DNA of 64,000 nucleotides, from the IMG/VR virus record IMGVR_UViG_3300026408_000032; one strand, written 5' to 3'. Positions within the stretch are counted from its first letter, which is position 1; each line of letters opens with the position of its first letter. This document shows positions 56,820 to 64,000 of the stretch, piece by piece. Source of the DNA: an uncultured virus (IMG/VR IMGVR_UViG_3300026408_000032). Taxonomy: Duplodnaviria > Heunggongvirae > Uroviricota > Caudoviricetes. Both the position numbers and the translations under genes were made by a program. Below the pieces are notes generated by a model. That model was not told where the DNA came from and made no database searches. It saw only the letters and a program-made list of their open reading frames with translations.

Positions 56820-57758
56820 CTAGTATGAGGGTTCGCTAGGCTTATCCTTCTTGCGGGTTCCTCGCCCAGAGCGGACTGCCTGCTCAACTACGCCTTCGCC
56901 GGGAGAGATAATGGTCTGGACGTTCGCATTACCTAGATTCTTGTGAATCAAGCTGGTGGCTGTCACGCCGGTGCGCTTTGCTTCGTTGAAAAGCTCTTGA
57001 AGCTTTTCTCCAGAAATGGTCTCGCCATCAGGAGCCATGATCATTGTACTAAGAGAAAGCGTCCCTCGCTCTGCATCGGTGATCGAGCGACCATGTTCGA
57101 TTAGCAATTCTGGAGCGACCTCATGCAACAAATCACGCATTCCTTCGCCGCCCGGATTTACTCGCTTGATCAGGTCTGGCGCGGAGCGTTGGGCTTCGAG
57201 ATCAATTAAGTCTTCATCTGTAAATGGTACGTGGAAATCGTTGTACCGAATGAACGGCAGGCGGTTGACCCTCATTTGAAAGTGATAGTGCGGCTTCTGT
57301 GACTCGGGATTATTCGTATCGTGCCCAGCGTAATCATTCTCGCTACATGAGAATGACCACTCGAATTGCTTATATCTGATTGTCTCTTCAATAAGCTTGC
57401 CCGTACCTTCTTCTGGGAGATCGTTTATATTCTGCGCCCTTACATCTTCGTTTGCGACCCACCGAAGATAGCAGGACAGGTGGCGGTACCCGTACGCCGT
57501 AGCGACAGCTAGAAAGTCATTCTTCGTGAAACGGGGCGGCTTTAAGAGCCAATGATAGCACGGCATGATTCTGTAGAATGAGTTCAGCTCAGCTAGACAC
57601 CAGTAACAGCGGCCGTCTTTGAACGCAGTGCTGAACTCAGCGTGCTCTTGCTGCGCCTGCTTTACACCTTCTGCATTTCGCTCGCTAATCTGTTCAGGCG
57701 TCAGACCGCGAATGTCTGAAGCGAGCTTCTTCCCTTCCGACTTTGGGTCTTGGCACAT
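56820..57758 (-). CDS. Hypothetical 312-aa protein with possible metal-binding motifs
   Basis: CYWC..CYHW, PHYHFQM. Confidence 0.75.
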   Translation of the reverse strand: MCQDPKSEGKKLASDIRGLTPEQISERNAEGVKQAQQEHAEFSTAFKDGRCYWCLAELNSFYRIMPCYHWLLKPPRFTKNDFLAVATAYGYRHLSCYLRWVANEDVRAQNINDLPEEGTGKLIEETIRYKQFEWSFSCSENDYAGHDTNNPESQKPHYHFQMRVNRLPFIRYNDFHVPFTDEDLIDLEAQRSAPDLIKRVNPGGEGMRDLLHEVAPELLIEHGRSITDAERGTLSLSTMIMAPDGETISGEKLQELFNEAKRTGVTATSLIHKNLGNANVQTIISPGEGVVEQAVRSGRGTRKKDKPSEPSY

Positions 57759-57818
57759 TGTTCGCTCTGATAGCGGTATGATTATCGGGAGAAATCCAAA
57801 GCCTTGTTTCGTCGTCTA

Positions 57819-58043
57819 TCAGCCGAAGAGAGACCGAATCCAATAGGGCATTCCGAAAAGCAACGAGTACGCCCCAACGGGCGCTGTTATCAGAAAAAAT
57901 GGCCCTGCGAACCCAAGAAAAAACATAATGAAGCTCTTCACGTTGACTGCCATCCAAAGCCAGTAGACTTCCCCGACAGTGAATAGCGCCATTAGAGCGA
58001 ACGCCCCGGCCACGCCAAATGTCTCTTTGAGTTTCGTAAGCAT
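57819..58043 (-). CDS. Small membrane protein
   Basis: Two to three hydrophobic helices. Confidence 0.55.
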   Translation of the reverse strand: MLTKLKETFGVAGAFALMALFTVGEVYWLWMAVNVKSFIMFFLGFAGPFFLITAPVGAYSLLFGMPYWIRSLFG

Positions 58044-58346
58044 GTGTGCCCCCGTGCATCACGAATCGCCCATGCTGTAGAGTACGGGGGATTGGGAGCA
58101 TATGTCGTGAAGCGATAGTCGTGTTATCCACTGGTGCTGGCTATCGCCTTTAAAAATTACCTCATCGTGCCTTTCAGCGTGCAACGTACTCAGAATTAAA
58201 TTGTGCGTTCGACTCGTCCAAAAGCCTGCGCAAGCTCTCATACACTTAATATGTCTGTGAACAGAACGATTCGCCCGACATACTGTCGGCGGTCACCCAT
58301 CCAATCAGCTCTAATTGGCGTGGTACAATTGAGAGAGGCTAGAGCT

Positions 58347-58880
58347 ATGAATTGGTCGCGAGGGCTCTTTCGAATTTGGATCGCTTTTACCGTAGTGTGG
58401 GTTCTATGTGTCGTTGGTGGTGCCTATAATGGTTGGCCCCAAAAGCAAGAGTGGACTCAGACTTCCGGCGCAAGCAATCCACGATCAGAACAAAGACCCG
58501 TTCGGCTTACCTATGTCGGTCCTGATGTCGGATCGGCACGCAAGCACATAGTTCAAGCCGCTGATGGCGCAAAGTACAGCATTGAAGCACCCGAGGGTGC
58601 AACGACAGAGCAAATCATAGCATTCGCACAAAAGAACATTCCAACGACGAACGCGACCCAATCAATATCGAAGCCCGCAAATGTTTTTGACCGATATGAC
58701 ACACCGCAGTCTGGTCCTCGGGAAAACTACAAATCGCCTACTGAGATTGACACTAAGTATCGTGAAGCTGTGTTAATTCACTTAGCGCAGGCTTCAATGG
58801 CAGCTATCTCAGTACCGGGAATCTTGTTCTTATTGGGTTGGACACTGCTATGGATTAGTCGAGGTTTTAAGAAGACATAG
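58347..58880 (+). CDS. Two-TM protein with a large soluble loop
   Basis: MNWSRGLFRIW..TM..WISRGF; GAGG SD. Confidence 0.7.
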   Translation: MNWSRGLFRIWIAFTVVWVLCVVGGAYNGWPQKQEWTQTSGASNPRSEQRPVRLTYVGPDVGSARKHIVQAADGAKYSIEAPEGATTEQIIAFAQKNIPTTNATQSISKPANVFDRYDTPQSGPRENYKSPTEIDTKYREAVLIHLAQASMAAISVPGILFLLGWTLLWISRGFKKT

Positions 58881-58891
58881 CTGGGGTGCTC

Positions 58892-59299
58892 ATGGGAAAT
58901 TGGTTAAATCTCACCGGGCTGTTATACGACATCACCGGCGCATATTTTCTCGTAAGAGCCGTCGTCTTCAATTCGAAAGAAAAAATTGCACAGCAGGTCG
59001 CTACGGCATGGAATTATAACAAGCATCTTATTCCGGCGGTCGTAGAACAAAGACTTGAGGGTGTGTTAGGGCTGATGTTGCTCGTGCTCGGGTTTATCCT
59101 GCAAGGATTAAGCGATTTTTGGGGCGGAGAGCGCGAAGAATTGCTTTTCGGTCTCGGACTCTTGGCAGCAATTTTACTCACTTATCGCCTGTCATCTCGT
59201 CTATTGATTCGTATCGGCACCGAACGAGTGATCGAATTTATCGAAGAGAAAAAACAAAAAGCTCAGGGAGAGGGGAAATCGAAGAACAATCCTGCGTAG
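58892..59299 (+). CDS. Three-TM membrane protein
   Basis: Hydrophobic helices. Confidence 0.65.
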   Translation: MGNWLNLTGLLYDITGAYFLVRAVVFNSKEKIAQQVATAWNYNKHLIPAVVEQRLEGVLGLMLLVLGFILQGLSDFWGGEREELLFGLGLLAAILLTYRLSSRLLIRIGTERVIEFIEEKKQKAQGEGKSKNNPA

Positions 59300-59326
59300 T
59301 GCCTGAGTAATGGATCACGTCGGTGG

Positions 59327-59557
59327 TCAGCTGGCATTTTTTGTCATCATGTAGAAACGACATAGCTCCATCCACAACAGCATCTTGCCTTTGTCCGATG
59401 TTGAGCTGGCGTAGAACATTGATCCGTTACGCTCGACTCCGATCACAAGCACATCAGTGAGTTCGGCCTCTTCGGCGGCTTTCAGAACGTCGAGGGGTGG
59501 TGCTGGTGCGTAAGGATTGTAACCGTCGCCCTTTGGCTGTTCACTGGCATCGCTCAT
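59327..59557 (-). CDS. Small phage-type hypothetical protein
   Basis: AAGGA SD; L.DVLVIG...G..YASS. Confidence 0.55.
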   Translation of the reverse strand: MSDASEQPKGDGYNPYAPAPPLDVLKAAEEAELTDVLVIGVERNGSMFYASSTSDKGKMLLWMELCRFYMMTKNAS

Positions 59558-59707
59558 TTCATTATTTCCTTTTCCAATCACACAATGGGTCTCGCGCTAG
59601 CGTGGCGTTGTCCAAGTAAACCCCAACAAACAATCAACCTCAACTCGCCACCTGCACGAGGGCACGCACGTTCGCGCCCTGTGGTGTTGCGACCAACGAA
59701 GATCAAA

Positions 59708-59998
59708 ATGAAAGAAACACCAAAAGTCTACTACGCAGACGGCAGACCTCTCAACCACTCGGTCGAAGTAACTCGCCAACTATGGCCGGTACTCCAAGAC
59801 GTGAAGAAACTCGAAGCCGAACTCCTAGACCACGAGCGAAAGTATCTGAATGAACTCGCTCGCCAGATCACGGAGCGAGGTTACATAGAAAGTGCCAACG
59901 CTGGGAGATGGGCAGAAAACACTCTGCAAGCAGTAGAGCAACGACGTCTCAAGGCGGCAAAGATTGCTACACAGAAAAAGGCTCTCCCCAATGCGTAA
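59708..59998 (+). CDS. Hypothetical protein
   Basis: ORF; start uncertain. Confidence 0.5.
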   Translation: MKETPKVYYADGRPLNHSVEVTRQLWPVLQDVKKLEAELLDHERKYLNELARQITERGYIESANAGRWAENTLQAVEQRRLKAAKIATQKKALPNA

Positions 59999-60210
59999 CA
60001 CAAGAAGAGGTCGTAGAAGCCGCCAATCTCAAGAGGCTCTGGACTCACTTCACTATCGCAGCGTCTCAGCAAAGTCGCGACCGACGGCAATCACATTCAA
60101 AGGCGATCACCTCAAGCGCCAAAAGTTGTTGGACACCAAATCGGTAATCTATGGCGGCTGTGTCGGTATCCGCGCCGATGTCCACTTGAAGCGACATGGG
60201 AGGTTGAACC

Positions 60211-60984
60211 GTGGCTGATAGACCTTCACCGAAAGCCAAGCGCCTCGACGATACCGGACATAGGGCCGGCTGGGCGAAGTCCCCCTTCGTCAACATGAGA
60301 AATCAGGTCGTGGGGACGTGGCATGTCGTGGAGTATCTTTACGCTCTCGACCAAGCGACCTTGGACAGCGATTGGACCGAGCACTTTTGGCAGTGTCGTT
60401 GCGTTCAATGTGGAACGGAAGCGATCTTAGAACGACGTTACATTCGTGGTCGTTCTCAAAAGAAGTGTCCCGTATGTGTCGCCAGCCAGAAAGCTGAAAG
60501 GGTACGGCACGAGACCTTGAAGAAACTTCGAGTGAAACCCCAGGGTCGAAAACCTAAAGTCGATTGGGCAGAGATCAGGCGACTGACTCACGAGAAGACC
60601 GCCATTACCGAGATTGCTAAGCAGCTCGGATGCGCAACAGGAACGGTCGTAAACGCTCAGCAACGTATGGGCCTCAAGAGACCGCGCGTTTCGGTCAAGC
60701 AATACAAGGAGACGCTGCGAGTTCCCGTCGAAGTTCAGCGAGGGAAGGCAGCTAAGCGTCGCCGCGTAGAGAAGCTCGAAAGGCTGGTCTCAGGTAAGAC
60801 CACGTGGAAGCATCTCAATGCTAACGGTCGTGTCGTGAAGTACGGCACCAACGAAGAGCGCATGGCTGCACGTAGACCTACAGAGGCTCAGAGAAAAGCT
60901 AGGCGTGAAGCCTATCGTCTCTCGAAGGGTCTTTCTGCCGATGCTGTTCTGAAGCGAACTGGGCGACCTCGTAAATATGCGTGA
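60211..60984 (+). CDS. Basic DNA-binding protein (Zn-ribbon plus HTH)
   Basis: WQCRC..CG, CPVC, IAKQLGC..GTV; GGAGG SD. Confidence 0.65.
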   Translation: MADRPSPKAKRLDDTGHRAGWAKSPFVNMRNQVVGTWHVVEYLYALDQATLDSDWTEHFWQCRCVQCGTEAILERRYIRGRSQKKCPVCVASQKAERVRHETLKKLRVKPQGRKPKVDWAEIRRLTHEKTAITEIAKQLGCATGTVVNAQQRMGLKRPRVSVKQYKETLRVPVEVQRGKAAKRRRVEKLERLVSGKTTWKHLNANGRVVKYGTNEERMAARRPTEAQRKARREAYRLSKGLSADAVLKRTGRPRKYA

Positions 60985-61801
60985 ACCTGAGGTGAGCTTC
61001 GGGTTGTGTGCAGAGTGGCTTTAGGTGAAGTCAAAAATTCTACCGGAAAAATTCGCGTGGCAAGTAGACAAGGGCGCGGTACGACTTACCCCGGTAGCCC
61101 GGTCCGTTTCCATCTGAGACCAATCTGAGCACAAACGCACTTCCGATTAGAACTCACAGAACGCAGCTCACCTTCAGAAACTCGCAGCTCACTCGAAGCT
61201 CTCATTCAGCTCGACACCACGACAGCATGGGGGGACTTCAAGCGGCGCACTGCGCTACCGAGCTGCCGTCGGTCGCCTCTAAGTAGGTTGCACATAACAA
61301 CTCTGGAATTGACTCAGGAGGGGCGTTCGCTCTCGACCTCAATCAGCTTCGGAGCAAACGCGCCGACCGCGCCTCGTTGAAATTCAGGGCATCTACGGGT
61401 CTTCTGAGAGCTTTCGATGGAACCTCGGTCGAATGGCCTTGGTGAGACCGCAAGTGGACGCGAGGTGGCTTTGGGTTGCACCGGCGGAATTTCCGGGACG
61501 TCCCGGAAAATGAGCCGTGCGAACACCATTGTCACCGCCCTCTGTCACTGACCTGAAGAAACCCGATGCAACTCAAGGGGCCATACTGGACACAGAGTCT
61601 ATTTGGTCCTTTGCTCCGTATATGCGAAACACGACCAATCAGGGGCTTCTCATGGAATACGCATTCTGTGAGAAGTCTCTCGTTTGGCCCAAAATCATTG
61701 AGTCAAATTGACTCGGGATTCTTGACGGTCGTCCAGACTTCTCACATTTTCGTCGAAGCAATTTCGAAACGTGAGAACTCCAGGGCATCTTCGAGGGCAC
61801 C

Positions 61802-62359
61802 ATGAAACAGGCACGAACACTCACCGACGCACGGCACGCGCAGGCGCTCAAAGCACTAGACCATCCACGAGACCGGCTCATGTACCTACTCAGTGCACGA
61901 GCTGGCCTTCGAGCTGTCGAGATTGCAGGACTCAAGTGGGACCGCATCGACTTCGACGAGAGAGTGCTTCGTTTGAAGACCACGAAGGGCAGGAAGCCAC
62001 GAGCTGTTCCGATTGCCTCGGAGGTCTTCGACGCTCTGAAGCAATACGAAAAGCACTCTGGTCGCCATAGGTCCGGTCTCGTCTTCGTGAACACGCACAG
62101 CCGCCCAGGGCAACCACTGACGCCCAACAGTATCGCTGCATGGTTCCGCGACCTCTACACGCGACGTCTCGGCTGGGACGGCTATTCGAGTCACTCAGGA
62201 CGGCGCACATTCTGCACGAAGGTCGCTCGCAAGATCACTGAAGCTGGAGGGTCGCTCAAAGACGTCCAGGCACTCATGGGCCACGAGAGCCTTCAGACGA
62301 CCTCGCGCTACATCGACACCGATCCCGAAGCACAACGCAGAGTGGTCGATTTGATTTAA
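61802..62359 (+). CDS. Tyrosine recombinase, catalytic domain only
   Basis: AGLRA.E, TKG, HSGRRT, MGH, RY. Confidence 0.93.
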   Translation: MKQARTLTDARHAQALKALDHPRDRLMYLLSARAGLRAVEIAGLKWDRIDFDERVLRLKTTKGRKPRAVPIASEVFDALKQYEKHSGRHRSGLVFVNTHSRPGQPLTPNSIAAWFRDLYTRRLGWDGYSSHSGRRTFCTKVARKITEAGGSLKDVQALMGHESLQTTSRYIDTDPEAQRRVVDLI

Positions 62360-62388
62360 CACAGAGAAACGGCAAGTCAGCTCTAGGT

Positions 62389-62423
62389 GCGGCTCGGGGA
62401 AACTCGGGCCGCTTCGCGTTTTT
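62389..62423 (+). terminator. Terminator after the recombinase
   Basis: GCGGCTCGGG-GAAA-CTCGGGCCGC followed by TTCGCGTTTTT. Confidence 0.65.
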
Positions 62424-62513
62424 GCGCCTCTCTCGGTCCACCTAGATGGGTCCGAGCTAGGACAAAGCGTACATTATAACAAAACAATTCCAAAGCAACT
62501 ACGAGCAAACACA

Positions 62514-63197
62514 ATGAAGCACCCTTTGTTTCCCGAGGGCTGCCCGTTGGAGATCAACGACCATGTGAATCTGTTCCGAAAGAACCACACTTGGACTGGT
62601 CATCTTCTGAGGCGGCTCGGCACCAATCCAACTCAAGAGAAATTTGTAGCAATGGAGCACGATCTAAAAACTGTCGCCCTTCATGCCTTCGAGTACGCAC
62701 TGCCATTCGACAAGAGCGTGAAGTTCACTGCGGTCGGCATCAGGTTGGTCTCGAAGGAAGACGTCGGGTACGACCGAGTAGCAATTATTCCGACTGAAGT
62801 TCTCATTCCCATGTGTCGCGCTGGAATGCCTCTGCGCTGGTATCTGGCTAGAAACGATTATCCCAATTTGTTCCTGTACTGGCAGACCGCAGACGTGAAG
62901 TCGAAAAAGCGGATTTGCACGTCCGTACCCCGTCTATTGTTCAATGGTCCGACAGACAGACACGTTAGGCCAATCTGGTCGCCGCTCCTCTTGCATCCCA
63001 AGGCGTGGGTCGTTCGAAAGAGCAAGCGACAGGGCAAGCCAAACAGAGACGATCTACCGGCGCTTCTGCGTCTTCACAAAATCTATCATGAGCGCGTGAA
63101 GGGCCACTCTTGGTCCCCTCTGCGCGACGCTGAGAAGGTCTTGGTGCGACCGGAGGCGATCAACTTCGAGCACTACTGTACTCCGTCGAAGCGGTGA
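62514..63197 (+). CDS. Hypothetical basic protein
   Basis: 227-aa ORF. Confidence 0.6.
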   Translation: MKHPLFPEGCPLEINDHVNLFRKNHTWTGHLLRRLGTNPTQEKFVAMEHDLKTVALHAFEYALPFDKSVKFTAVGIRLVSKEDVGYDRVAIIPTEVLIPMCRAGMPLRWYLARNDYPNLFLYWQTADVKSKKRICTSVPRLLFNGPTDRHVRPIWSPLLLHPKAWVVRKSKRQGKPNRDDLPALLRLHKIYHERVKGHSWSPLRDAEKVLVRPEAINFEHYCTPSKR

Positions 63198-63250
63198 CAA
63201 AAGTCGAGAGTGTGGTGGCGCGACCTGCCGCCCCTCTCGAAGTGCTCCCC

Positions 63251-63322
63251 AATTGTCACCCACTTAAGGAAATACAATTGTCACTCACTTAAGGAAGAGG
63301 ATTGTCCCCACCTAAAGGAATA
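63251..63322 (+). repeat. Three tandem 23-bp T3/T7-promoter-like repeats
   Basis: AATTGTCACCCACTTAAGGAAAT, AATTGTCACTCACTTAAGGAAGA, GATTGTCCCCACCTAAAGGAATA. Confidence 0.7.
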
Positions 63323-64000
63323 GACCAGCTCTCATTGCCGGTCTCTGCCGATTATTTTTTCTGGCGGACCTATTTTCGTGAGCCAGATTCCGGCCAGACC
63401 CGCCGTCCATTGCTCACAGCATTAGGTCTTTGAGTTTATCGGCGGGACGACCTGAAGCTCTTACTCGCTTCGCTCGCGCTTCTACGACCATCCAAGATCG
63501 CCTTCTCATCAGCACACTCGAAGCCTCGCTGCGAAAACGCTCAGGGGACTTGAAGTTGTGCGCAGAGACGTCGCTTCCTCGATTTCAAAATAAGGGTACG
63601 ATTTCCTAATAGGCACCCTAACCGCGAGCAAACGCTAAAATTGTGCAGTTCTCCATATAAGACCTATAGGCAGATGCACAAATTTCAATTCTCTCCTGTT
63701 GGCCTGATTTGATTGGTCTCCCGGCGCAGCCGCTCAAGGCGAGCTTGGGACCTGTCGCCAGTAGGTTTTAGGCACCTACTTCAAACAATCCCAGACGGCA
63801 CTCGCGAAGTTCGCTTCGTGAGGTGAGCCCGTCGCATCTCATGGAAACAACCAATGGACTTTTTGCAGACGGCTAACGCCGCCTATTCGACCACGCTTGC
63901 CACGCTCTCAGATCGCGGAATGCGTCCGACATCACAGCACAGTCGTGCCCTTCACTCGCTATTGGGCACAATGTCCTACATCTTCCAAGGCAGGAGCCCA

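Larger units (their letters stand above)
55675..64000. mobile_element. Second accessory island/satellite-like element, right end outside the window
   Basis: No housekeeping genes; orphan cargo, tyrosine recombinase, tandem promoter-like repeats; CGGTACCT repeated just after attR. Confidence 0.65.

Noticed and set aside
63251..63322. Mini CRISPR array
   Set aside because: Units are separated by only 1-2 nt, with no spacers and no cas genes.

Overview
An apparently complete temperate prophage of about 55.6 kb (76-55674) is integrated in a tRNA-Arg(CCG) gene and bounded by a 48-bp att direct repeat. The gene families suggest an alphaproteobacterial host (inference). The phage is podovirus-like: TerS/TerL, P22-type portal, N4-gp56-type capsid, gp4/gp10-like tail hub and ejection proteins, with no tape measure gene. 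It also has a GH108 endolysin with spanins, a lambdoid cI/cro switch with four GGTAC-N5-GTACC operators, an initiator plus primase-helicase, an ERF/Gp157 recombination module and a tyrosine integrase. A second accessory element with its own tyrosine recombinase begins after attR and runs off the window. The most notable signals are: (1) a phage cluster of four UNN tRNAs (Pro, Thr, Arg, Leu) directly preceded by an apparently leaderless 17-codon uORF (MNHRPTRPTMRPTRLPA) built from their codons and overlapping a terminator-like hairpin, i.e. a candidate tRNA-depletion-sensing attenuator; (2) a -1 frameshift signal fusing the tail fibre to a sialidase-like propeller, convergent with a sialyltransferase/Maf-like moron; (3) a type II hammerhead ribozyme in the structured leader of a moron gene; (4) a tandem ART-PolyVal-like protein after the ejection genes; (5) three tandem T3/T7-like promoter motifs in the downstream island. 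All calls come from reading the sequence by eye; no searches were run.
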